Notes under the pieces: generated by a model
The model's database searches: none
Seen by the model: only the letters and a program-made list of their open reading frames with translations
What the model was told of the DNA's origin: nothing
Position numbers and translations under genes: made by a program
Shown: positions 35,601 through 49,333 of the stretch, piece by piece
Numbering within the stretch: the first letter of the stretch is position 1
Layout of the letters: the number at the start of each line of letters is the position of its first letter
Source: Vitrella brassicaformis CCMP3155
Taxonomy: Eukaryota > Protista > Chromerida
Assembly: GCA_001179505.1 (NCBI GenBank)
Contig: CDMY01000376.1
Span: forward strand, 186,001 to 250,000
Reading direction: 5' to 3'
Length of the DNA: 64,000 nucleotides

Positions 35601-37152
35601 TGGGTTCCGCCCCTTCTGCGCCACTTTCCTCAACTTCGTCACATACGGATGGGGCGCCGTCAGACTTACCGCACTCTCCAGGTAGGCGACCCATGCACTT
35701 ATTTCATGGGCGCCGCGCCGTGCCGTGGGGTGTGTGGATGATGCATCCATACCATGGGTGACGGACGGTGTGGTGTCTTGTGTGTGCACTGCAGGTTTGG
35801 CGTTCTGTACATTGCCACCCACGACTCCATAGAGTTAGGCGAGGACGGACCCACACACCAGCCCATCGAGGTCAGCCAGCTGAGCTGCTTGCCTTGCTGG
35901 CTGTAGGAAGGGAAATCTGTGTGTCCATCCATCCATCCATCCATCCATGTGTGTGTGTGGTCAATCAGACCATCCCGTTGATCCGCGCCACGCCCAACAT
36001 GCTGATGCTCCGCCCTGCAGACGGCAACGAAACTTCCGGTCAGACAGACACACAGACACACACGTCCTTCCCTTCTGCATCTGTGTGTGTGTATGTTCAG
36101 GCTCGTATGCAGTGTGGCTGGAGAATCGCACCCGCCCCAGCGTCATGGCCCTCTGCAGAGGGGGTAAGAGTTAGTTGAGCTACGCATTCACCCAGCCGTC
36201 CATCCATCCATCCATCAACCCACCCATACTCACAGACGTGGCATGGCGTCTTCTATGTATGCGCGTGTGTTTCTGTCCGTCTGTCTGTCTGTCCGTCTGT
36301 CCATCCGTTCATTTCATTGATCAGCTGTGCCTCAGTTGGAGGGCAGTTCGTTCGACAAGGTGGCCCAGGGCGCCTACGTCCTGCAGGACTGGTCGGCCGG
36401 CAACACCGGCAAACGAGTGAGCGACAAAGAGCCACACACACATGCATGCATCAGCCATCGAGTGATTGCCATGTCCTCCTCGCTCTCTGCCTCTCTCCCC
36501 ATGCATCCATCGATCAGGCGTTGTTGGCTGGCTGCGGCAGCGAGTTGCACCTCGCCGTTGAAGCCAAGAAGCTGCTCATGGACAAGGGCGTCAGTGTCCG
36601 CATCGTCTCCATGCCCTGCTGGGACCTCTTCCGGGAACAGGTACACACACACACACAATTTACTTCCCCTTCCGTATTATCATATGTCGTGTGATGTGAT
36701 ACGTGTGGATCAGTCGGCCGAGTACCAGAAGAGCGTGATTCCGGCTGCCGACCCCAACCTGGCTCGCGTGTATTTCGAGCCGGCCTTCCCCCTGGGCTGG
36801 GAGCGCTACTTCGACGACTGGGTTGGCATGGAGACCTTCGGCGCGTCCGCACCCAAGTAACCCAACCCGTTCTTGCAGACTCACACACGTGCAACAGGCT
36901 CATCGGGAAAGTGTGGTTGGTTGGTTGGTGTCTGTCTATCAGGAAAGACACGTGGGCAGAGTTTGGGTTCTCGGCTCCGCACATCGCCAACCTGGCCCTC
37001 AAGAAGCTCGACCTGCCCACCGTACCAGAACCAATGGGTACGTATCTGATCTGGGTGGGGGTGGGCACACAAGCGCGCGTGTCCTGGCTAATCTCTTCTC
37101 CCCCTCTCTGCTGTGCCTGGGGTGTGTGTCTGCAGTCACCAGCCACGCCTAA
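32669..37152 (+). CDS. TKT: Transketolase (bacterial/yeast type) with a short basic N-terminal extension; 16-nt first exon 32669-32684
   Basis: [118 protein letters not shown]. Confidence 0.97.
34967..35266. other. Assembly gap (300 N) inside a transketolase intron
   Basis: Flanking exons join as GGSADLE|ESNKSG with no missing conserved sequence. Confidence 0.95.
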
Positions 37153-37518
37153 ACACACATACACATACACACACCACTCGCACATCCACATACGTGCAGT
37201 TTGTCGCTGGCTGGCTGAAAGGGCCCGCCACATCCATGCCATGCACTGCCATGCACTCGCCCGTCCGTCTTTCTTCCTGTGTCTGTCGATTGGCTGGATT
37301 TTCGCACTGCCTGGCCGGATGATCATTCAATGTCCCCAGTTTCTCTGTGTCTGTCTCTGTTGTCTCGTCCGGTTGGCTGCCCGCCCGTGTGCACACCGTG
37401 ACTGTGCGGGAGTTTTTTTCGCAAGTGACTGAATGGCCGGTTGCCTGCTGGCATGGCGTCGTATGACTGACAAGTGGATGGATAAATGGATGGACTGCTT
37501 TCTGGTCGTTGGTGTACA

Positions 37519-37549
<31 letters not shown>

Positions 37550-39526
37550 TGTCGATTCGATGAGTGAGTGAGCAGCTATTAGGGCCGGCTGGCTGACCGC
37601 CTGGCTGCCTGCAGTGGTGCTCTCTGCTGATATGATGGCTGGCCAAGAGATATGGAGGGAAGGAGCCAGGGAGGGATGGGCTTGTTTTGAATGCACAGAA
37701 GGGACAGACAGTCAGGGGTGGACGAGGGGATGGATGGATGACTATCGCTATCGACCTAACTAACTTACGCGGGGATTATTACGTTGACACACTGAAAGCA
37801 GCGACCACGGGGTGTGGCGGTGTTGCATTCATCTCATCCATCCCAGAAACAGGACTGATAAAGTCGGATCACGTCGTGCAGGCAGAGCGAGTCAGGGAGA
37901 GTCTCACGCGCACATACCACCACGCAAACAGCGTGGATCCACCTCACACACGCACAGATGGAGAGAGCAAGGTATGAGACAGAAACGAGGCAGCATCGGC
38001 ATCATCTCCTGGCTGCCTGCCTGCCAACAAAAAAAGTGGTATTACACATCATCCATCATGGGTACATACTGTCACCCGCCCCCATGCAAGGAAGCATCGA
38101 CCGCACCGCTGGGCCGCCATAAAAGCTCCCCGTAGGCACATGTGTGGGGTGGGATACAGGCAGTATCTGGCTGCCTGCCCGCCTGCCTGGTGGTGGTGGG
38201 TCTCCGCTTCTCACGACGGACGCCAGCAAGGACCCACATGTCAGTCATCTGTGAGCCCTTCGATCCGGCATCTTATCTTAGCAGAAGCAGAGACCCCTCA
38301 CCTACCCGCCATGCACTTCACCAATACAGGCTACGAACCAGGTGCACTGCCTGGCAGTGAGGGCGCTTCCCCTACCGACACGCACCCCGACAAGGACACA
38401 CAGATCGCTTGTGAGCCCCTTCCAGGATACCAATGCCCCCCAGTGCCAGGCAACACCAGAAAGAGCGAGTGTGGGTCAAGACAGAGCTCGACTCCACTGG
38501 CTGGCACGAAGGGCAGGCAGCAAGGCGGGAGATTATGTATAAGCGATAGAGTTAGACAATAGACAGACAGACAGACAGAGCGGAGAGTTTGTCGTCATTC
38601 GACAGACGCACAACGGCAGAACCACCCACCGATCCATCGAAGGAACGAAGGAAGCTGTCGTGCGCGTCTGTCGAAAAATACTGTGTGTGTAGTGTATGTG
38701 TGTGGGATGTGGGATGAGATGACGGACGAGGGGAGAGTGGGAGGAGCTGTACACAGTCGCTTATAGCGTAGCTATGATGACAGTACATTACGGAGTCAGT
38801 GGCCACAGAAAGGTACGCAGGCACGCACACATGGGGCGGGAAAGACAGACAGACAGACACACGAACGACCAGAAGCGAGGCGATCCGTGACAACTGAGGG
38901 CAGGTGGGCCTCTCTCTGCGTCAGACCATCCAGGCACGCAAAAACGCAAAACGCACTCACGGTGGTGGTTTGGCGGGCGGCAGCCACGAAATCACACACG
39001 ATAGAAATCTCAGCAAGTCGGTCACTCACCCGCTTGATAAAGAAGCAAGAAGACCTACACGGCACGGCTCACATACACATACACACATGACGCAAGGAAA
39101 AAGATCCTGCTTCAACGCAACGTTCCCTCCACACGATACTACAAGACACGGATGGCATGCAGTGACCTCCCCTCGTCCGTCAGCATAGCACAAGCCTCTC
39201 AACAGCCACGTACGGCACGGCAAACAGGCAGGCAGGCTGGCGGAGAGCCACCCCGTGTCGAAGTGCCAGGCCAACCAGCTGCCTGTCTGCCTGCCTGCCA
39301 GCCACTCTCCCCTCTCACCAACGCAACGTGCCCCGGTGATGAAGCCAGCCGGCACTCGTATGTGGCTAGAAACACATTCACATGCAGACTGACAGACAGA
39401 CAGACAGTCACTGCCCCGCCCCTACTAAGGCGCACTCATGCACACACCCAGGATACATAGTCAGTATGAAAGCCAAGCCACCCCACCCACACACCATCCA
39501 GACGACCGCTCGTTGATTGGATTGGC

Positions 39527-40188
39527 TCAGGTGAATGAGGGGTAGGGTCGAGCCAGAGGGCGGTAGAAGGGACGCTCACCTGAGAAGCCAACACACACAC
39601 CAGGCAAGCAGACACGATGCATGTCATGCATGCGGGTCATTCCTCACGTCCGTCTGTGTAAGGCCTACCGAGCACTTCGGCGCATGGGTAAGGTCCGCAT
39701 CTGGTCACCCTGCCGATGTTGCGGCCGATGTATCTGTTGGGCTGCTGCAGGCGGCGCCTGCGGCCCTTGCTCGTGTCCTCAGCCACCTCGCGCTCGAAGG
39801 GCGCGCTGAAGACCACCTTGCCGTCGGCGTCCGTGATGGCGTAGCCATCAAGGTCGACGGTCAGCTTCGAGCCGCCCGACAGGTGCAGCGTCGTGGTGTT
39901 GTCGGTGCGGGTGATGAAGTCGATGCGATACAGATTCTCGGCGTTCTCGCCAACCTGAAGGGAAATCACCCAGTGCATCCACCCGGAGGGTTATGTGCTT
40001 GCGGCTGTGTAGGTGTGTGGGTACCGGTATGATGACGGTCTCGACTGTCTCGAAGTCGGTGAGAGGGGAGGTCAAGAAGTCCCCCAGGTTGAAGCGGTCG
40101 CGGGCCGACCGGGTCCGGATGGGCACCTGCTTGCCCTTCACCATCAGAACGTTGGCGTCGTTGACAGAGGTATCCTTCATCACTGCAC

Positions 40189-40219
<31 letters not shown>

Positions 40220-40711
40220 ATGAGAGTGCGTTCACAGTGCCTCCTGCATCACATGCGTACCTGAGATGCCGGCAATGACGAGAAGCAGGACGATGGCGAG
40301 CGTGACGAGGTAGCCGATGCCCATGGCGGCAATCCCGCGCCACAGCTTCCTGTTGGTCTTCTGCTCACTCACCATCTGCACACATCACAAAACACACAAC
40401 ACACAACACAATGTGTCTCATGCGTGTGGGAGAGATCTCGCACGTGATCCCTTCCGCCTGCCCTCCCTCACCTGCTTGGCGGCTCTGGCAACCTCCTCGA
40501 GCGAAAACTGACCCGAGCCATCCGAGTCCCACGACTGTCAGAACGCACGCACACAAGACAGGACGTTGACGACGTTCCTTCGCCCTCCTTCTGTCCTTTC
40601 ATGTGCGTGGCGTACCTTGAGGATGTTGACTATCCGGTCGGATTCTCCTCCGCTGCCCACAGCCACCTTGAAGGCTTCAGTACGGGTGCTTGGAGGCTCC
40701 ACTTTGGCCAT
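39527..40711 (-). CDS. Single-pass membrane protein: N-terminal EF-hand, TM helix, luminal domain with an RRRRLQ motif; function unknown; last exon tentative
   Basis: Spliced sequence MAKVEPP..ILK|SWDSDGSGQFSLEEVARAAKQ|MVSEQKTNRKLWRGIAAMGIGYLVTLAIVLLLVIAGIS|VMKDTSV... with a canonical 12-residue EF loop DSDGSGQFSLEE. Confidence 0.8.
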
Positions 40712-40976
40712 CGTCGCTGGTTGATGCGACACGTCAGATGCGATTGATTCTAAGTGTTTGAAGGGTGATGCGGAAACGCTGACAGACCGTTGGGTGATGG
40801 GGAAACTCACAGAACGCTTCGAATGACTTGCGCAAGGAAAGGAACCTGAGAAGGGTAATGTGAGCTCACGATCGCGAATCTCGACGAAAAGCCAACAGCT
40901 CGCAACCGAAAAAGCCAATCCGACAAATTGCTGGGGCTTTGACGTCGCTCGCAGTCGATTTGTTCCAAAATACGTG

Positions 40977-43900
40977 ATGCAGAGGCCGGAGGCTCTCGTG
41001 TGCGCCATTGTTGAGGAGATCCTCCGGTCTCTGGGTGTCCCTGGTGGCTCACAGGACAAAGCACAGGTGGGCAGAGGCGGCTCAGAGCAGCGCAGCACCA
41101 GCTGCCACGGTCTGCAGAAGAAAAGATCCCAGAACATCGTCTCATATGGTGCTCTCCATGCAATGCATTCGATGTAGGGGCCCTTGGGCCAGCTCGAGGG
41201 CTGTTTGAGCCGGCTCAAGGTCATTCTGGTCAATGCCAATGAGAAGGAGGACGACAAGTACGTAAGCCCAGCCCGCATCGGTGCATGATGCATGCCGGGA
41301 CGTGTTTGCCATTGCCCTTTCGCAGGTATCGCAGGATCCGCCACTCCAATGCGGCATTCCACTCGTCGGTCGGCAGATGGAAGGTCAGCCAGCCGGCCAG
41401 ACAGCCAGGGAGCCAGCGAGACACTACAAGGAGACGGCGTCCCTGTTGTATTGCTTGTCGGCTCCTCTACCATGCAGACTGCTGTATCGTTCCTCAAGAG
41501 TGCTGGCTTCCAAGATGTGACGCTGGTGCGCAGAGAGAGGCCTCCACACACGCCGAGAGAGGTCCATCCACCATTGATTGCATGGCATATATGCGTGTAG
41601 GATGGGGAGGCCGTGCTGAGGATGCCATTCCGGCTGCCGTCGTCCGTCATGAGCTTCTTCGTCAAGCCCATCGATGCAGCCCTCGCCAGCATTGCTGACA
41701 AAGCCGATGGGGCGACGACTGCCTTGCCCGTTCCTCAGGCCATGACGGACTCGTCCACCTGCATATCGCGGCGACAGACCACTGAAGACTCCCTGGTGCC
41801 AAGCGATGCTTCACCACTTATCGACAGAGAGGCGAAGGCCCCAATGAAGGAGGAGCCCACATCTGGGGCACAGGAGGCTGACGAGGGGACAACAGTACCT
41901 GATGCACCGGCTGAAGCTGCCGAGAGAGAGCCGGTGGCCGTTGCTGCTGACGAGACACGCGAGCCCGAATGCCGTGAGAAGATATCCCCACACAAGCCTC
42001 CCTCAGTCCCGATGCTACCAAAGTACATGGAGGCTAATGTGACCAAGGCCGCCACACAGAGACCGGAGGGAGGAAGTCCACCTGTGTCGAAGAGGGGCGG
42101 AAGGGGAGGGGCGCGGCAGCACCAGGGGGACAGACCTAAGGGCGGCCCCCCTCCCCAACTGCCATCCTGGAGCGTGCGAGGCAATATGCACATCAGCGGC
42201 AGGAGCGGACGGAGGAAGAGACAGGAGAGAGCTGCTCAGGAGATGATGGCCAATGTGGAGAGGCAGCAGTGCCGCTCTTGTGGAAGGAACTTCCACCCTG
42301 GTGAGAGACGGAAGAGAAGCGCCGACATAGTATGCTCGTTTCTGTCTCTTTTTCTGTTATGTGAACAGAGGTCTTCCGCGTGCATGCGGCCAAGTGTCGG
42401 GGAGGCAAGAAGAGATCACAAGACAGGCGACCGGCAGGAAGGAGTGCGGGGGTGAGAGAGACAGTGTCCTGACAATGTCCACCGAATATTGTGTGTCCGT
42501 TTGGCACGTCAGTTTGACGACTTTCGTCATTATCTGAGGGGCACCCCCGCCCAGGAATTCTTGGAAGTGATCCACGAGGAGCAGACGTGTCTCAAGGTCC
42601 TCCGCGCCCAGCACAAGGCGCGCATGAAGGAACTCTTCCCCGAGAGCTTCCTGCCACCACCCGCAGCTGAAACAAAGAAGCCTCCTGCCGTCACTGATGA
42701 GCCGCAACTGCTTCCCGTGGCTGCTGTGACAAACCCCTGGGATTATGCCGGCTCTCTTACACCAAAGCCTGATCTTTCCACTCAGCAAGAAGAGGGCATT
42801 GAAGAGTATGGAAGAGACAATATGATCGAGTGTGCGGCGGATGACGAGCAGCATGAGGAGGCTATAATTGAGCTGGGGAATGATGAAGGTGATGCATCGT
42901 CCCCGATAGTTGACTTGCAGAGCGACTCGGAAGATGGGTCAGGGGAAGACAACGACACAAGCCTCCACGAAGAAGATATGAAGGCAGACGCTGCTCCCCT
43001 GCTGCACGAGCCAGTCAGTGAGGCCCAGCCGAACAGGGACATCAACAGCGACACACGGACCGCTTCCAAAGAAGACCAAAACGCTGATGAGGACGAGCTG
43101 CAGCAGATCGAGCCACAAGATGAAAGCGACCAAGGCCCTTCGGGCAAGATCTCGCTAGCCGACAGCAACGCCCCAGCTCACCAGCTCGAGATGGAAAGCA
43201 AAAACACTCTTGAGGAGAAGGAGCAAAGCTCGACCAAAGAGGTCCCTTGTCCTTTTGTTTGCGATTTGAATGCTCCGCCAGCTGCTCATCATCAGTCTTG
43301 GCGAGACATGATCCCGATGCGGTCAAATTTGTACCCCAAGAAGCGGCCGCCTCGTCTTACGGCCAAGAAGCATTACAGCTTCGACCCCTTCACCGACTCA
43401 CGGCCGACCCCCATCAGCAGGCGGACGAGCCATCTGGGAAAGGCCGAGACAGAGTCGCTGCAGTCAGCCGCAGCATTGGGGGACGAGGAGGTCGGCCGAT
43501 CCTCTGATGCCGAATCACCAGCCGAAGACCTTGTGGCAGAGACGAAGGTGGCGAAGGAGGAGAATCCTGAGACACATACCCCCCGCTTCAAGACTCAGCG
43601 CCCCACCCGTGAACTAGATGTGGAGTCAAACGGAGAAGCGGCTGGTGATTCGGAGTCTCAGCCGGGTGTGTCTGCCCCAGACGGATGCACTGGACAAGAG
43701 CCGGGCGTGCAGTCCCATTCTGAGGGAAATGCTAGGCGAGAACCAACACCAAAGGATGAGGCACCCCCGCCCACGATCTCTCTGCTGCCGCCTCCCTACA
43801 CCAAGACACATGCCCACCTGCGGCCACGAAGGGTGCAGACGGTCTCCTTTGCTGAAAAGGTTGTCACGACGGAGCCCCTCCTACACCACTATACCAACGT

Positions 43901-44919
43901 AGAGAAGGGCAAAGAGGCAGAAGAGCCGCAGAAGCAACCGCCGAGGGAAGAGCATCGGACCCCTGCCCCTCCTCAGCAAGGCCCGGTGGCGGCCGAGGAG
44001 ACCTGGCGAGGCTTTGACGATCCCGAAACGGAAGAACGGAAGCCCCATACCGCTGCGTACACGAGACGGACAAACTCTGCGGCCGATGTCCCCTCATTGC
44101 AACAGCGGCTCCACCCTCGGCCTCTCTCAGCCACCAACGGCCGAGCCACTCCTGCCATCTGGCCACTTTGCATAAGCCAGCCTCTGCACAGGGATGGATC
44201 CGGGGCTGAGTCGCTATATGCGGCAACGCAGATCCGTGTGCAGCATCCGTGGGGTCCAAAGGTGTCGAGGCCAGCCAGGTCGGTGTCACGCGAGCGGAGG
44301 AGGGGGTCGTTCCATGGGAGGGGGAGGAGCAGGCTACAGCGACTTGCACAGAGGAGGTGAGACACGCACCTTGCTCATCCGTGCCTTCGTGCGTGTGTGC
44401 TCTCTGCTGGCGTGTGTCTACAGGAACGAGCTGATGTTGCGATGCTCGCAAGCACAGAACAGGGTGAGCCCCATCCGTCTATCATCCATGCGGCCACACA
44501 TAATCGATCCATCTGCCGTTTAGCAGGTGCAGGAGTCAGCGGCAGAGAGCGCGACAGAGTCTGTCTCGAGGCCCAACGAGGATGCAGTCGTCACATCATC
44601 AGACGAACACCACAATCCCCCTCGCAAGGATCATGTCTCACCCCTTCCTGCCCAAGAGCCGCCGGACAAGAGGGAGGAGGACCCTGACGATCCACTGGGG
44701 TGGGGCGGCGAATTCGACCACTTCCTTGGCCCATGCGGGCCCCGCGGCTTGAAGCATCGCATCACGCGTGACGACGGCAAGAGCAAAGCGACAGGAGGCG
44801 CCACCACCAGCAGCAGCAACAGCTACTTGAGCCAAACCAAGACTCTGAGCAGACAAGGAAAAAGAGCGGCGGGTGGTGTCGCTGCGAGGAAGATGTCGCT
44901 GCTGCGCCGCAAGTTCTGA
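40977..44919 (+). CDS. PUB (PUG)-domain protein with a C2HC zinc finger and a long disordered acidic C-terminus
   Basis: LSRLKVILVNANEKEDDK|YRRIRHSNAAFHSSVGRWK|TAVSFLKSAGF (PUB). CRSCGRNFHP|EVFRVHAAKC (C-x2-C-x11-H-x3-C). Introns close in frame with ORFs 41613-42455 and 42489-44360. Confidence 0.8.
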
Positions 44920-45438
44920 CGGCTGTTTGTGGTGCTTATGCGTGTGTTCGTGTGAACGCATGGGACGCTCATTCCCGTAGCAGCGATGTGAAGGGACCCA
45001 ATTTCGTGACGATTGATCATCCTCCCTTCACATTGACCCTCAGTGGCATGTCTCTGGCCGTCATGTCCAATACAATTGATAGCACGAGAAAACGCGCGTC
45101 CACTTGCTCAGCAGCCCACAGACTCTCATCAGATTCTCACGTGTGGATGCGCGCACAAGCCTTCCTTGCATGCAAACTTTAGTTCTTTTGCCATCATGGC
45201 TTCAAAGGATGAGACACATGAGCAAGTCGGCTGATAGATAGCGGCCTTTGCGCTACATCCGCCCGGCACGCACACGCAGCCAGCCAGCCAGCCAGCCATT
45301 TATCTACCAGCCGATGGATGGATGGACGGATGGAAGCAGTGACACCACTTCACTTCATGCACAAACGAGCAAGCCAACAGAACGAAGCAAGACTCGACAG
45401 CACAAGAAGACTTGACTCACACAGACAAAGAGAAAGCC

Positions 45439-48400
45439 TCAATCCCACCGAGCAATTTTGAGGGGTACAAGCGCAGCCCGCAGCGCATGAGGCGACAAGT
45501 GATCGCTCTCCTCACCCATAACTCTATCGATCCACCTTGCCCACATTGCCCCCCACCCACCCCCACCGACCCACCAACACACCATTCACCGGAGAAATGC
45601 TCTGCTGACGTCATCCCTGACCTCGACATCTGGGCCGTTCATATTGTTCTGCCCCGACGGCCCTTGCCCCTGGCTCACCTTGAACTCGTGCAGCGGACTG
45701 ATCGTTGGCGTGATCGGCTCCTGCTGCCGGTGCTGGTGCTGATGCTGCTGGTGCTGCTGCTGACGAACACCCTTCCCCTGTGGTGCTGCATGTGGGTTAT
45801 GTGGATGATGGGCACCACCAGCAGCAGCGTGTGTCATCTTGAAGGTGAGCAGAGGTGGAGGGTGCCGCCGGTGGTGCAGTGTGTTGCCGATCTCCAGACC
45901 CAGCGCGTCCACGGGGTCGTTCTCCATCATTTGGTGTGTCTCCTCTGGGATGTCGAGGGCCCTCCACATCCAGCTGTGCTGGTCGATCAGCTGGTACACC
46001 ACCTGCTGCGTGTCGACGTCAATGCTCGTGGCCCAACGCGACAGTGGCAGCTGACCCCACTTGGCCGCAAACATGGGGGCCGGCTTGAGGCTTGATGACG
46101 GTCCAGGTCCAGACGCAGACCCAGGAGAGGAAGAGGTCTTCTGGTCTGTTTGGTCAAGGAAACCTTCGCGAACTGGCGACCAGTGAGGGTCGTGGGAGAC
46201 GGGTGGCGAGTCGGCGCCCTGCGAGCACCCCGTGCTGCTGTGGATGAACATGCACTCACTGGAGCAGAAATCACGAACCACACTCCCACACGACTGAACA
46301 GACAGAGACACAGCAAAAGCCAGAGTGACATGCATCAACACCATCTTTGCCCTATCGCCCTTCCTGGCTTGCCTACCCCAGCACACGTCTTCCAGTCGTC
46401 CCTTGCGGGCGGCAGCATGATGCTGTGGCGTCGCTGGAAACACGGACGCAGGTGAAAATACGTCTCGGACAAATCCTGGGTCATTCGTGAAGCCGCAAAC
46501 AAACACATCAAAGAGGATGAGATATGCGAAGGATCATCTGCTTACCGCCGGCTCGACGTGTTCAGGATCAAAAATCCCCGGTGCCAGGAAGAAGTGCAGT
46601 CTCTCATACTCCTTCATGGGCTCCTCCCGGCACAAACCCGCCCCACAATGCCCCGGCCAGCTCCGCCTTCTGTAAACCCCCACGGCTTCCTCACGCAGCA
46701 TCTTAAGCTTGTCCTCAACCTCCTCCATACCATTCTTCTCGCCAAAGACGTGCAGCAGAGACATCTTCTCGGGCGGCGGCGGGCCCTCGAGGTCACGCGG
46801 CGCACCGCCCATCGTCATCAGCTCCATCGGCTCACCCTTTGGCCGCACCCGACGAGCATACCCACCGAGGCCCACCCGTCGTTTCGCCGATTGTGCCGCC
46901 TGCACGGACGCCCACTTCTGTGCGGCAACCTCACAGACCGCCCGAAGGCTGTCGGTGGCGTCATTGAATGGAGGGGCAAGTCTTGGCGGAGGCGGGCCGT
47001 GAATCTCGGCCTCCAGCTTCGCGACTGAGGCGGCGTTCTCCGGCCCGTTTGAAGGCTGCCGCCGCATGTGGGTGGGGATGCATGCAAGCAGCTTAGTGGG
47101 GATGGCGATGTTGTGCTTGGACGCCTGGAGGATAACCGCATAGGCGCACGCGAGGAGCCGGTTGGTGAGGGCGGGGATGGCCGAGTTGAGTATGGAGGAG
47201 CCGGCCTGGATGGTGGGCGCGATCAAGTGAAGACCGCCGACCGGCTTGGCCGCCTGCACGGTAATGGATATGATCCGCTCCAGGATGTTGACGCCGTGCT
47301 CGCCCGAGTGGGGCAGGAACTCTTCCTGGATGGTCGAGGCGCTCAGATATGGGTCGGAAAGCAGCACAACCACCAGAGACGGCAGCCGGTTGGCGAGCTC
47401 GAGGTACATGGTGGGGAGGCTCCGCGGCCCCATGACGCTCTCGGCTTGTCTGGTTGGGGGAGGCTTGAGGCCGCCGGTTTGCTCCATCCTCTGGGGGTTC
47501 GTGGTTCTCTCCTCGAAGTCGGCATAGTCCTTGATGGCATACATGATGCGTGAGAGCTGCTTGAGGATGATGACAACCGCACAGGGCACCAGGTAGTCTC
47601 GATCCACATTCATGATCTTGAAGTTGTGCTGGCCCGGCGTCTCGCCGTCGTAGAAGCTCTTCTTCTTGAGCGACGGCGAGGACGGATTGGAGTTGTCCGT
47701 CGATGTGCTGGGAGCCCTTAGCGACTCGCATGTCGACCCAGGGTTGCTCCGCCACTCCTTGCAAGGGTGTTGCCGGTCCTCGCCAAGATGCCACATAAGC
47801 GACCGGTGTGCTACGCCGTCAATGTATGGCGGGAGGAGGTAGAGCAGGCAGTCGAGGAGATCGCGCGACAGAGCCAGGTGGTTGTTCTCGTGCACGGTGG
47901 GGATGTGAATCAGAGGGCACGGCCGGATAGTCGACACGTAACTCTCAAACGAGTTGGTCGACGCTGTCCCTTCCTTGGGCGACCCCGTTGCCTCGACAGA
48001 GCCCTGTGAGCCCGACCGTGTAGTGACAGTCGCGTCGGACCCCCTCCTCTGCCCCTTTTCGCGCGCCGCTCTTATACCCCCAGTGGAAAGCGGCCCGTTC
48101 TTGTTGAGGAACTCAACTCTTTGCAGGCTGAAGCCGTCGTAGCCGTCGGTGTAGGGGTCTGTCTTCTCCATATACCGCAGCTCCATGTCAAGCGAATGAA
48201 GGAGCAATAGAAGCAGGGTCCGAGGAAGACCGACGTCACACAACGTGTCCAGGACCTGCATACACGGCGGGAGGATCGGAGACAGGGTGTGTATGTGTCT
48301 CCGCCTGTGTGACTGTGTGTATTGTGTGTCTCACTTACCCTTGGCGGGCCGAAGTGAATGATCTTGAGGAGCAGGGCCGAGGCGAGTCCTCTTATCTCGA

Positions 48401-48966
48401 TGGGGGCATTGAAGTCGCCGAAAGCGCTAAGGATGTCGGGCAGACACACATCTGCCAGACGGGTGGTAAGCTTCTGCCCACCATATGTCTCATCGATCTG
48501 CAAACAAGACAAGCACAGCCGGCGAAGCCCCTTCTCTCAGGCTGTCTTCTCGCCATTTCTCCTTTCGCGCACTTGCCTGTCCGATGATGAGCAGCAGCGG
48601 CGGCCGAATGGAACTCAGCGGCCCCACAGAGCGGCTCTTGAGTGCACATGACACAGCATTGACAATGTCATCCACATCGGACGCGGGCCTCGTCTCGTCT
48701 TCCAGCTTTATCTCCTCGGGGGCCCTCCCATCGTTGGGTCTCGGCTTGCGGCTTACGGCGCAGGTGATCAGATTCTGCCACCAGCTGATGCTGAAAGGGA
48801 GGTGCGTTTGGTGGCTGTTGCGCTGGTTGCCATCCGCATTCCCTCCTTCCTTCTGCTGCTGCTGCTGCTGCTGGTTGTGGGGCTGGTGGGGCTGGTGGGG
48901 CTGGTGGGGCTGGTGCTGTGGGTGGGCGGCATGGTGGGGAACACGCTGGTGTCCCTTATCCTCCAT
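45439..48966 (-). CDS. Large hypothetical protein (about 1,000+ aa) with Q/H-rich ends and a predicted helical core; no family recognised
   Basis: Long GC3-biased ORFs 48490-49059, 46534-48261 and 45586-46506 linked by GT-AG introns. First ATG at 48966; a putative last exon ends ..KIARWD* at 45439. Confidence 0.7.
48870..48915 (-). repeat. Coding 9-bp repeat (encodes HQP x4) adjoining a poly-Q tract
   Basis: (GGGGCTGGT)n on the + strand. Confidence 0.85.
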
Positions 48967-49333
48967 TCGATTGCGGCAGCCAGGAGGCAAACTGATTGAA
49001 CAGGCTGGGGATGGATGGGCGGATCTTCTTCGGGAACCCAGAGGGAGAATTCGCTCCAAGACTGGGGAGCTGCTCTCGACGGTGGGTGGAACAAGACTCC
49101 CTCGTGGCCTGCACTCTTCAATCGGAAAGCTTCAGAGCTCGCAAATCTCGAGGTATCGGGCTCCGTGAAACTGCTCTCCGAATCCCGACAACTGGCGACC
49201 TTTTTGGACGTTTGAAGGTGCGTGAAGAGACTCATTGACATAAATGGTGGCACTGCATGCCATATAAGGACACTTATCGCATGCATCTTCACGTGCACGC
49301 ATAGCTGATTCAAGCCGACGTCTCTGAAGTGTC

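Noticed and set aside
37687-37977. ORF MTIAIDLTNLRGDYYVDTLKAATTGCGGVAF... in the 2.3-kb gap after transketolase
   Set aside because: Weak GC3 bias, no recognisable motif and no partner exons. It cannot be fully excluded without RNA-seq.
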